Positions 36,696-48,681 of a stretch of DNA of 64,000 bases are shown one piece after another. Each line of letters starts with the position of its first letter. Within the stretch, counting starts at the first letter, position 1. The stretch lies in NCBI GenBank assembly GCA_965649825.1, contig OZ287716.1:81778-145777 (forward strand). Reading direction: 5' to 3'. The DNA comes from Penicillus capitatus (taxonomy: Eukaryota > Plantae > Chlorophyta). The notes under the pieces were generated by a model. It ran no database searches and was not told where the DNA came from. It saw only the letters and a program-made list of their open reading frames with translations. Position numbers and translations under genes: made by a program.

Positions 36696-38468
36696 TCAAA
36701 CAAAGCCATAGTCTTTTGACTCTTGTGTATGTTTTGCCGTTTCCATCGCCCTCAATGGATCGCTGGCGTGACGTTTTTCGAGTCTATACGCTTCCATGTC
36801 TGCCTGGGTCACATCATCTTTTTCGCCGGAGAGCGAGTTGTAAGCGCGGTCCTTTTCATCCATATCGGCCAGTTTTCGTTTCTGTTGCATTTTCTTCCTG
36901 GATGTTTCTACGAGTTTTGCATCCAACTCGCCTTCAGGGGCCTCGCTTCCCCACAAATCCATCCCCTCATGGTTCTGCATAGGATTCGGCGTTGTCTGAG
37001 CTTTCTCATCGATCTCTCTAGCGACGACAGACTCTGCTTCCAGCTCCTTTCCCTTTTCACCTGTGCAATAACTGTTCCGAATAACTTGATGACAACAGGC
37101 GTAGCCCCACTGTCCATTGCTCCACCACGAACCCCAAACTGAAGTGTGATTGTTCACAAACACGTCCTCTTCATACCTAACCACAAAAGTGTGATGGCTG
37201 ATGTTAATACACACCAGCAGATAATGCAACGTACCGTGATCGAGGTTTAATGACAGCTCCACTGATCACGCGTCCCAGTTTATCGAATTCGACGTACTGA
37301 TCAGATTCTTTCAGTCCTTTGACATCCTCTGGGCAATCTTCCGCCAACTGCCCATACCTTTCCAGCACAGATTTCTGCGTCTTTGCTTCGAGTCGCTCCT
37401 TCTTTGCCCGGAACTGTCGATAGAGGAGCTCCACTTGAGACGGAACCGCCTGGAGGAAGAAACAATAGATCACAGAGATCAAAAAATAAAGAGGCTCGCA
37501 TTTACCTGCATGTTCACATCCAATCCCCTTTGCTGAGCTTGAATCGAATGCAAATTCAATGCTTGCCATCCCTGATACTCCCCAGACTGCCGAATGAAAT
37601 TATCCCCGGCGAATGTTTTCTCGGACATCGGTTTCGTCGGATTCGGATCTTCTCGCATGGATCGCGACTTCGGGTCATAGTGTGCAGAATTGGGATCCAG
37701 ATTCAGTAAATACTTGGCTGTATCTTCTCGAATTCGAAGATTGCGGACAGATCCAGAAGCTCCACCCGCCGTTGTGCGCACTCTCTTCTTCACTTCTCCG
37801 AATCCTGCATCCTGAGCATCATCGATTTTGTCCTCGTCGTCGCTCTTCTCTTCTTCTTTCGCCTCTTTGTAACGCCGTTCAACCTCTTCTTTGTTCTTTT
37901 TCTCCTTTCGCATGTTCTCAAGGCGTTCATGCTTTTCAATGACTTTTGCATAAATGGAAGGTTCATAGCCATTCCATCGATCACGTTTGGCATCCCAGCT
38001 GCGTCCCTTCAATTCTTGCAGCTTCTCGTCAGGCGCAATGTGCAGATTCGTCCATTTCGCTCCCCGTTGTCGTGGTCGTTCCATGCAATCTTTCGTCTTG
38101 TGTGACATAGCGCCGCAACTAAGATCAGAGACACACACCATAACGATCTTTTATCGTCCCAGACAGTCTACTTACTTTTCACATGCACCCTTTCTCCATT
38201 TCTTTGCCTGGAAAACGACGGCACCTCTGTCGTACCATTCTCTGTTGTCCTTCTGTCTTTCCTTCCAGTTCTTCTGATGTTTGAGACTCGGTTGGTTGTT
38301 GTTTAAGTACCATGGGGCGTGTGACATATACTGAGGGATATGCGGATTGATTTCCCGGCCATCTTCGTCCACCTCTGCCGGGGCAATACCTGCTTTGCGT
38401 GCCTCCTCGAGTTCTTTCTGTCTGCGATACTCTTCGCTGCTCTTAAACGTATTGTTGGCTGAAGCCAT
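36696..38468 (-). CDS. SLU7: Pre-mRNA splicing factor Slu7
   Basis: [18 protein letters not shown], zinc knuckle CEN|[29 protein letters not shown] and [10 protein letters not shown]. Confidence 0.96.
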
Positions 38469-38697
38469 GTCGAATGCTACCGAGTGGGTCCTTCTGATGT
38501 GACTTGACTGCAGGCGTTGGTACGTTCTTCTAAGGTCCGCTACAAAATCTTCAACGCGGTTCCTTATTTGAATTTGGCTTTCGTCCTTAAAACCTCGTGT
38601 GCGTTCGTTCACCTTGCACGTATCTTAACCACATCGTTCTCGTTTGTCACAGTTTGTCTACGTCGCGATTTATCTCGTGTTCTATCGAGAGAGAGTT

Positions 38698-40652
38698 ATG
38701 AACGAAGTCCACGAGGGACAAACAGGCGTAAACGTGCGTTTGACGAAGGAAGCAAGACAAACGAGTGCACCGTGTTCAGACTTCATTAATAACAGTAGAA
38801 GCATGAGTGCCTCGGCAGACGACCACACAAGCTTCGGAGAGGGTACGTTGGGAAAAAAAGACGTAGAATCGTGGCTGCACAACGATGTCGAGGCGGAGTG
38901 TGCATCACCCGAGCAAATAGCTACGGGTCAAGAAGAACATCGCAGTGACGGCACAGATTCTCCCAAGCGCCCCGCAACGGTGGACTCCGCGTTCGCCGGT
39001 GTCGTTGGCGGAACTCCGAGGAATGATGATGAGCACGACACCGAGGTAAGTTGGCGTGCTGAGAAGACACTATGATGTGACGTTTCGATATTCTACACAG
39101 CTGGTTGCACCTCGCATGTCAAGTGAGATGACAGACGACTATGAGCGGCAATTGATGGAGGAAGCTAAAAAATTGCAAGAAGCCTCGCAGAAAGAATACC
39201 GATTCAGTATGAAAGATATTTTTAACAATCCCGCACTAGAAGATGCGGCTAAGCAAGAACTACGTGAGAGGCCAGTGCCTCTCACGCCCACAATGAGCAA
39301 TGCCGAATCTGTCATATCCATTGCGGAATCCAGAGTCAGTCATATGGAGCAGACAATCTGCAATTCTGAGAATTTGGACAGAGATGCCGATCGAGATCTC
39401 CAATCTGGTCAGATAGAGATCTCCGCACTGTTGGACCGCCTCAACATCGGCAAAACGTATGGTCACTCTAATTGCTCATTGTATAGCGAACGTTGTGTGT
39501 GCTCGAGCAGATCGTCCTTGCATCTTTTGAAGTTTGTACAAAAGCTCCATCAGGTAGAGGAAGCTTATTCCCGCTCTCTGCTCTCTGTGTCGCGCATGAC
39601 AATGTCAAACATTGGACACACGGATGGATTTCGCTATGCAAGCGAATGTCTTTGCGAGCTTCCAATGTCGGTGAGAAGTGCACATTCCAAGATCTCACAG
39701 AACTTGGCCGAATGTGAATCGTCTTTGACAAATGTTCTTCAAAAAATAAAGTAAAATGATCGATCATCATCATCATCTTGTCCACACTGACGGTTGCGAC
39801 CCTGTTTGCAGAACATTGTCTGAGGCCCTCGTCGCCGAAGCTCCAAAATTGTCAGAGGCGGTTCGTTCAAAGCGTTCGGCATTGTCACGATCCAAGAGTC
39901 GACATCAAGTCGCCTACAAACGCATGGAGTGCATTGAAGAGAAGGGTGTTGGTTCAAACCGTGGAGGTGATGATCCTTGGCTGACCGAAGGTCAAGTGGC
40001 CCACGACTATACGCAGCTCGTCAGTGGCCAAGTCAGTGTCAAGAAAGCTCTGGCTAGTGCCTATGAGAAGGTAACGGAGCTCGAAGTCCTCCGTCTGCAT
40101 ACATCCAAGAACGTCATCTCTTCACTTGTTCAATCCTATGGCTCTGCCATCGATGAATGCGTCGTTCCTTTCGTGACAGACATTAACAAAGCGCTACTTG
40201 TCGTTGATGCTGAGGAAGAAGTGGTGGATTTGAAAAAGAGCAAGCGCAATAGTCAAATCTCCGAACAGACCCTCAGAACGCAGTGCGCTGATCAAGAAAC
40301 AACAAAATGTGGAGAACTCTTTGCCAGTCCAGACATCGTTCGTCAAGGAGTTCTGCAAATCATGGACGAGGAATCCCGCTCCTGGGTCAATGCCCGATTT
40401 GTGTTAACCAAAGCTGGACTCTACTGGTTCATGAATGAGAACACAGGGCCTCTTCCTGACGACCATTTGACATTAGCACGTACCACAATCGAACAGGCGA
40501 AATCTCCAGGACTAAAGCTGGTGCAAGAAGGCTCCAGATATTTCAGCTGGAAGAGAGGCGTGATTCTGAAGGCGCCGACGACGGAGGAGTACTGCGAGTG
40601 GGCAATTGCTCTGCGTGAGGCCATTCAGGATGCCAATGGACGCGCGAAATGA
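38698..40652 (+). CDS. F-BAR-like helical domain + C-terminal PH domain protein
   Basis: LLKFVQKLHQVEEAYSRSL (FCH-like), GDDPWLTE, and PH-like RQGVLQI...WVNARFVLTKAGLYWF...EYCEWAIALREAI. Confidence 0.65.
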
Positions 40653-40992
40653 TTTAAGGCATGTCAGCTGCTTCCATCGATGGGAGAGATACCACCACTC
40701 AATCATGCAATAAGGAATTCAAAGGCTTCTGCTTTTAATTGTTAATATGTGTGTGCATTCGGCGTGTGTATCACCAGTCCGTGGGTATTTTGCAAGCATT
40801 TGTTTGTTAACCCAATTTGATGGGATGAATTCTCTCGATCTCAATCAGATTATGCAGGAGCGTGCATATCAGGCAGAAGGCATATGAGCGAGATTAGCGT
40901 CGTATCTTTGGCTGAAACGTATCAAGCTGTGCGGGATTTAAGTTGATTGCAAACATTTTGTGAAACGTACCCGTTACAGCTCGATCGGGATC

Positions 40993-42029
40993 ATGCAGAA
41001 GTCGTCTTCGATGACAACGTGCTCGACCCATCGACACCACTCTCGATTCTTCGGAGCGTCGACCCCGCATCTACAGTGTAGAGTTGCCAGGCAGATACGC
41101 GCATGCAGGTGTGCTGCCAACAACCGACACGTCTCGCGATCGATGACCCTCAGGCATAGGTCCACCCAGACAAATTGCAGAAAGATGACAGTCATGATGC
41201 CTGTCGGCGTGCCACGTGTTCCATACCGCACGCCGCGAGAGAATTCGTGGCAGTGGATCGACATTTGGAACTGTCTGGTGAGATGGCCGCTGTACTTGAG
41301 TGGTTAGTGCTTAAGAATATGAGCACGTTTAGTATCGAGAACGGATTATATATTTGCACAAGGCAGTAGACGACGAGATGGGAAATCAGATCGTCGCAAC
41401 GATGCTCTATCTGGATTCTATTGACAAGAAAGATCTAAATTTCTACATCAACTGTGCCGGGGGAGAGGTTCCATAACATCATCAGGCATCGTGGAGATCG
41501 TTCACATGCCTTGCTGTACAGGTGGTTCCAATTCTGGCAGTTCACGATTGCATGAAGCACGTGGAGAGTCAGTGTGGGACGATTGGTTTTGGCGGATGTA
41601 TGGGGATGAGTGGATTTCTGTTGGCCATGGGAGCCAAGGTACAGAGCGAAAAAGATGCACGCTCGGGCACAGACCATCCGTCTGCGTTTAGGGAAAGAGA
41701 CGGCTATTGCCGAATACGCGGTTGATGCTGCACCATCCTTCCGGCGCAGCGAGAGGGCAGGCATCGGATATTCACAACGAAGCTCGCGAGCTGCTCTATC
41801 TGAGAGACTACATCACAGCCCTTTTAGCCGAGGCGACTGGGAAGCCGTTTGAACAGGTACCACCCATTCACTGTTACATCTATGTGTTTGGCAATGCGTC
41901 ACTCTTTGTGTACTTCAGGTCTTTCAAGATTTCAGTCGCGACCGGTACTTTAATGCGGAGGAAGCTCTGGAGTATGGACTGGTAGATTCCATTGTCCCTC
42001 CTCCCCAGACCTCCGTCCTCGATACGTAA
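40993..42029 (+). CDS. CLPR2: Plastid Clp protease non-catalytic subunit, ClpR2-like
   Basis: [28 protein letters not shown]|YRERIIY and [10 protein letters not shown]. The catalytic Ser position reads GGCMGMSG (Gly in place of Ser). Confidence 0.85.
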
Positions 42030-42105
42030 CGTTCAGAGATGGCAAGAGAGAATCCGATAACGAGCTCGAAAACCGTATCGCGTTTGTTACAAACGGACAT
42101 TGTGT

Positions 42106-44407
42106 CTAACAACCATTTCCATGGGCCGATTGGCCAAAAGAATGAAACAAGAAATCTTTGTTATCAGGCTCGCGATCGGCCTGTGTGAGAATGTCCAGAA
42201 CATTGTTAAGGGGAAAGGAGCCTGCATCTCCGTGTTTGTACGTGCGGATCGAGAGTGCCTCTGATTGGACTTCCTTCTCGCCGACGACACACATGACAGG
42301 CGTCTTAGAAGTCTCTGCATTGCGAATGAGTTTTCCCATTCTCTCCCCTGAACAGATTTCGACCCGGAGACCTCGCTGTCGCATCTTGTCTGCGACGTGC
42401 TCGCAGTAGGGGTAAACATCTTCGCGGACAGGAAGGATTCGGCACTGAATGGGAGCCAGCCAGAACTCAAAGGCCCCTTTACAGTTTTCGACCAGAATGC
42501 CAAAAAACCTCTCCAGAGAACCGAAGATCGCCCTGATCGCACACGACCGTCCACTCTATGAACATTGCGTGCTGACAGGGATACCTATGAATGAGAATGG
42601 GTCTTTGTTTATCTCCACGTTCGTCGTTGTATGCGATGTCAAATCGTTCAGGAAGATTGAAATCCAGCTGAATGGTCGAACACTGCCACTTCCGTCCGAT
42701 CGCGTCACGTACCTAAGATACCTTCATACATTTGGAAGCAGAGACAGGACAGATGGATATGCCTTGACATCAATTTTTGGGCCATAAAAGGCACCACCAC
42801 CTTCATCAACACTGTAGGTGTATCCTTTGCGATGAAGCGCATCTCTCAGAGCAGCTTCGGATTTTTCCCAGATCTCATCTGATCCGACCGATTTCTTTGG
42901 TCTTGTTGAGAGATCCATCTCGTATTCGGCAAAACCGAATCGTCGCATGATCTGTTCGATGAGAGAGAGCACTCCAACGATCTCCGTCGTGATCTGATCC
43001 GGTAAACAGAAGATGTGTCCATCATCCTACAAAGTTCTCACACTTCTTACGCAGTTATAACATTTGCTACACACCTGTGTAAATCCTCGAACGCGAGAGA
43101 GACCGTGCATTGTCCCAGACCGTTCGTAACGGTAAACTGTTCCCAACTCGGCCAGTCGAACCGGAAGGGATTTGTAAGAGTAATAGCCTTCCTTGAACTG
43201 CAGAATGTGGAAGGGGCAGTTCATGGGACGCAGCTGATATGCGATATTCTCAACGTCCATCTGATCAAACATGTTTTCATTGTAGAAGTCCAGATGACCC
43301 GAGGTTTGCCACAAATCGAGTTTCGCAATATGTGGTGTATAGACCAGATCATACCCATTGTTGAGGTGCACATCTTTCCAGTAGTTTTCGATAATATGCC
43401 GCATGCGTGCCCCTGCTGGCAGCCAAAAAACCAGTCCTGGACCTGCTTCCTCCCGTATACTACAGACACGGACGGAGTTTTTGAGGACAGGAGAGTCTTT
43501 CAAGTTTACCTGAAAAGTTTCAGATCTGTGCCCAGTTTGCGATGATCTCGTTGAGCTGCTTCGATCTTGAGGTTCTCATACGCTTGCAGTTCAGACATCG
43601 ATTTCCAAGCGGTTCCATAGATTCGTGTCAGCTGCTGGTTCTTTTCATCTCCTCTCCAATAGGCGCCAGCAATGGTCTCCAATTGAAATGCATCATTCTT
43701 CAGACATCCTGTGCTGTCCACATGAGGCCCCGCACACAGATCCCACCAATGACTCGGATGTTCTTTCTCGCCAATATGATAAATGGTGATGGCCTCGTCT
43801 GGCGATCGCTGCAAGATATCTGACAGAATCTCTTCTTTATAGGTCTCCTGAATGCCCCGGATTCTTTGCAACGCCTCCGACTCCTCTACCTGAGAGATGT
43901 GTGACCTCGTGTCTATGAAAGAGTGACTTGACCTCTTCTCGGACAAATGGCAGATCTTCGTTCATGATCTTTCGCATTTCTTTGGAGATTTTTTTCAGGT
44001 CTTTGTCCGTCAGAATGTGCTCAGCGAGGTCGAAATCGTAGTAGAAGCCAAATTCTGTCCATGGACCGATCGTACATTGAGCATCCGGGTACAGTCGCTT
44101 CACTGCCATTGCCATGACATGAGCACACTGCAGATCACACATCTCACACTTTCCCGTTGTAAACCATGCATCCTACACTGTGCCGAATGCGCAAGAGTTC
44201 TTCCGATTCGTCACTTGTTTCCAAAACTGATCGCGATTTTGCTGACACAGCATCTGCTGTCTCCTGTTGAGAGAGACTCGCCGCTGTTCGGGCCAGACGC
44301 GACGTCTGGAGGCGGCGAGCCGTGGGCAGAGTGCTTAACCATGGCCGCGGCTCCGAAGGTACTGCGAAAGGAAAGAGGGTCGTACGGAGAGATGCCTGCA
44401 TCCACAT
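42106..44407 (-). CDS. THRS: Organellar threonyl-tRNA synthetase
   Basis: LLRIRHS|[42 protein letters not shown]|DDGH and [11 protein letters not shown]|[15 protein letters not shown]. Transit peptide; GC-AG intron at 42713-42762. Confidence 0.96.
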
Positions 44408-44452
44408 CCCTGCCGATCACTTCGAAGCCGTCACGTCTCACTGTTGGTCACG

Positions 44453-45259
44453 ATGTCCGGCATCGGCAGCGGCTACGATTTATCGCCCTCCACCTTTTCG
44501 CCAGACGGGCGTATTTTCCAGACCGAATACGCTCAGAAAGCAGTTGACAGTGGCGGCACCGTTGTCGGTCTCAAATGCAAAGATGGCGTCGTGCTGGGTT
44601 TGGAGAAACCCATTCCTTCAAAGCTCCTTGTTCGTGGGACCAGTAAAAGGACCTTTCATATCGACAAACACGTGGGCGGAGCGGTGGCAGGATTTCTGCC
44701 AGATGGACGTCAGATCGTGAATCAAGCAGCAGCTGAGGCAGAGCATTACTGCAAGATCTATGGTAATCCAATTCCCGGTTCTTTGCTCTGCGAACGCATC
44801 GCCAGTTATGTCCATCTCTTCAATCTCTATTGGTATACTCGACCTTATGGCGCCTCGCTTTTGATGGCAACGTATGATGAACATGGACCTGGTCTCTACG
44901 TCATCGAAACATCTGGGGTGGCGCATAAGTACTTTGGCGCAGCCGTGGGGAAAGGTAGACAGGCGGCAAAGACAGAAATCGAAAAACTTAACCTTTCTGA
45001 ACTGTCCTGTCGACAGGGCCTCTTCGAAGTGGCCAGGATCTTATACAAGGCATGCTCAAATACGACACAGAAGGATTGTTATGTGCGCGTTACGTAGATT
45101 CATGATGAAGAGGGCAGCAAGCCATTCGAATTGGAGTTCAGTTGGATTTCAGACGAAACAGATAAAAAGCATACGAAGGTTCCGTCAGAGATGGCGACAG
45201 ATCTCGAAAGGCAAGCCAGAGAAGCCATCGAACAAGAATCGGATTTTGATGAGGACTGA
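44453..45259 (+). CDS. PSMA3: 20S proteasome alpha-7 subunit
   Basis: MSGIGSGYDLSPSTFSPDGRIFQTEYAQKAV. A GC-AG intron at 45050-45097 restores YK|IHDEEGSKPFELEFSW. Confidence 0.97.
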
Positions 45260-45323
45260 TGATAATGTCTCACACAAACAGCAAACACTCGGTGTCAAAA
45301 GAGGGTACAACTACACGAGACTC

Positions 45324-46657
45324 TCATTCCTTGTGCGGAAACGGTTGATGGGAATTTGGCGGGAGTTTTGGGCTCTCTGTGGAACGTCGTAGACCTCCCT
45401 GAGATCCAGAGAGCGAACGAATCGCCACTCGAATCTTTCCCACTGTCCCACTATGCAGAATCGTTTGTTTGAGGTCGATCCCTGGACATACAGGAATGCT
45501 TCTTCCCCTTCTGCTCAGAGGAGATGCCGCATTGGGCAGAACGATTTGATCAAGTGGCTCAGCATCTGCTGAACGCACGTCATGTGCATTGAGTTGGACA
45601 CCCACGAGAAACGCCACATGACCGTCGGCATTCCGAACGGGAGCAATGTGCAATGCATTCCAGAACGTCGTGCCGTCAAATCGGTAGTTCAGCAAAGTGA
45701 CGGTTACGGATCTGGGCGGATCAGCACGCACCGCCTCCCGGATCTTGTTCACCTCGGCAGCATCTGTCTTCGGACCTTGTAGAAAACGGCAATTCCTTCC
45801 AATAATCTGATCTCTATCAAAACAGGGCTCCGATAGACGGAGATTCCTCTCGAAGATGGGTGGTGGGTACTTGGGATAGCCAGTGAGTTTGATGAATGCC
45901 TCTGCGGCATGCACGATGGGCATATCTGGTAAGTTTGGATCGACCAAGACAAATGACTGCTGAATATGGTCCAATGCTGCCAGAACAGAACTCTGTAATA
46001 CGCTACAACTATCCTGCTCCATCAGCTTTATTCTTCCTTCAGCTAACAGTCCAAGACGCACTCATCCACCTGCTCATCCCCCCGTTCAGGTTTCTTACTT
46101 GTTAGCTGGGTTAATACCTCCTTTGCTTTTTTCTTCTCTTGTTCTCCAACGCATCGGAGTTTTTCCAGCCAATTAGCTGTCACATCATTCTTAGTCTGCT
46201 GACAACGCAGGAGACAGTGCTCACTCTCAACAACTGCAGAACTTGCTCCATTGTAGAGATGTGTGACATCTGTCTGAATGCCGACGTGCCGTGTCACGAT
46301 ACCAGAGGAATCGAAAATCGGTTCAATGTAGAGTTGGTTCCAAAAAAGCTCTCCATTCTTTTTGTAGTTTGCGAGACATACCTGAATGCAGATTTCTCAT
46401 CACATACCCCCTGAGCAACAACGTGCCTTGCATGGACGCTCTTCGCGTAAGGCGTCGCGGATTTCTGTGATATGGCGCCGTTCGGTCGCAGGTCCTTGAA
46501 GAAAGCGGCAATTTCGCCCAATAACTTCATCAGAGCTGTATCCGGTGAGGCACAAAAAATCGTTGGAGACATATATTATCGGATTGTCTTTTTGGCGTGG
46601 GTCGCTGACAACGACCGGAAAACAGAATTCGGAGGCCACATCAAGAGACATCTCCAT
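45324..46657 (-). CDS. LLP: Twin-LOV blue-light sensor without an effector domain (LOV/LOV protein, PLP/LLP-like)
   Basis: Two [10 protein letters not shown] motifs, both with the photoactive Cys. An in-frame 56-bp intron links them, and the C-terminus has [10 protein letters not shown]. Confidence 0.88.
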
Positions 46658-46690
46658 ACTGTGAATACTGTTGCAGCGCTACACACTTCT

Positions 46691-48330
46691 TCACCTCTGG
46701 AGACGGCGAATTTCTTCGGCGATGTGACGGATAGCGTCAAGCAAGACTGTTTTTTTCTCTGCGCGAAATGCGATCGCGAGCTGTTCATTAGGATCGGAAA
46801 TGACACGAGATTGCCGTCGTTGACGATCGTCTTCGGTGTCGTTCGGAAATAGACCCAATGCTGCGATCATCATGGTTGCCATTGTCTTGAGCACTTCAAT
46901 CTCGGCTTCGTTGTCTATCAGCGGATTCTGCAAAGAACGCAGTTGCTCAATCGGGGCGGTCTAGAGACAAGGAATGGCGACGGAATCAAAACGAAGGGAT
47001 CAGACCTCCAGTGATGCTTTGCATATGATCGCGCGTACACCTGCAACAAATCGGGGGTCCAGACGGTGTTCACCTCGGCCAACAGTAACGTAAGGTCGTG
47101 CCTCTGGCCCAATGAAGTTCAGCTTCTCAAGCATCTGCTGTCGCCACTCCTCTTGTCTATTGCTCCTTTCTGCTGAATCTATCTACCAAGAGTGATCGTC
47201 AGTGCTTGAGAATGGGGCGAATACCGTGATGTCGATGGTCGGATGCCGCGGTTGACCGAAAATCCTTTGCTGTTCGAACAACGTCTGCGTTGAAATTGAG
47301 TTGGACAGAATCGTGTGGGTTCTGCTGAATGATGAATCCATAGTCGAGCAATAAATCATCGTTGCTCAGATCTCCATAGTTAATCAACAGAGCATCTCCT
47401 TTCTGTCAACCAACAAAAAAGCATTAAGATGATCTGTTCTGCGCTCTGTGACCCCTACCAGGATCTCGCAAGAGGATATGAGCTGGACATCGCCCGATGT
47501 TCTGGAAGCCAATCGAACTTCGCAGTTTGCATCGAATGAGTGGTTACAGAGATCAATGAGGGGCAGCAATGAACCGGGATGGGTCTCTCCGTGAACTCTG
47601 AATGCTCTGGAAGAGACAATGGCGAGTGCCCAGCCCAGCAGATCAGTTTCGGGAACGATCTCGGGCACTCCGGCCAATTGACTCAGAAGCTTCCGCTCCT
47701 CTACGGACACTTGCATCAACCATCTGCATCTTTTCTTGATCTGTCGTCATGCATCAGAAAAGGAGATATCCAATGTGCCAGTTTGACGAACCTGTTCGAT
47801 AACAGGAGGGTATTGCAGTGCATCTATGGCTGTTTCATTGAAAAAGATTGGAACTCCAGGCACACCACGAGGGAGAGATTGTAGATACATCCAGAATTGG
47901 CTGTTGTCTGCCTTGAGCCGCTCTACTAATAGCTTTAGACACAGTCTGCCAGCCCAGAATTCTTCAGGAACTCTTTCGATGAGGGACATCAGTGTTGTGT
48001 CTTCAGCAGCGCTGTTGTAGGTCAATTGACGGGCAGCTGAAAACAAAGAGCAGTCGAACAGCATTTAGCAGATGTAAAAGGCCAACCTGGAAGAGTGATG
48101 AGTTCTGTGTCCGTACGGATATCGCTCATGGCTTTGAGGAACCAACCCTCCTGTTCTGAGCAGCAGATCTCGACGGGGCCCACTCGACCCCCTCCACGCT
48201 CAATCCATTGTACAAGGCCGTGCTCACGATTTGCATCAGGTGACGCATAAACGGCCGTTCTGTTATACCGTCGATGCGCAGGAACTGCAAAGGCAGGATC
48301 AACGACGCGCCTTGTGTTCGGAACAGACAT
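46691..48330 (-). CDS. SET-domain N-methyltransferase, Rubisco LSMT/SETD family
   Basis: WALAIVSSRAF, LLPLIDLCNHS and INYGDLSNDDLLLDYGF; C-terminal LAIAFRAEKKTVL. Confidence 0.9.
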
Positions 48331-48681
48331 ATAGATTAAACGTTTTCGTCTCCGATCAAACGATCAGAGTCAATCTCGTCGGGTTTACTTGAAAGACGAC
48401 CCGATTGCTGCTGTCTTTCATCTTTGAAGGACGCAAAGCTCTGCCTTTTACGGAAGACAGTAATCGATAGGAGCTGCCATCCTCGAGGATCGCTCCATCG
48501 ACAGCGACATGCGTGAGATGCAGATTCCTCATGACTAGGCACACCGTGTCGATGAACTTTGGTGGCAGAGGTTGCTCCCGGTCAGAGACTCAGGGTCAAA
48601 AGAAATCTGAAGGCCTCGTCTGTGGATGCCCCGACCGCAAATGTTCGTAAACAAACAGTTCTGTCCGATCCGCATTGCTCG

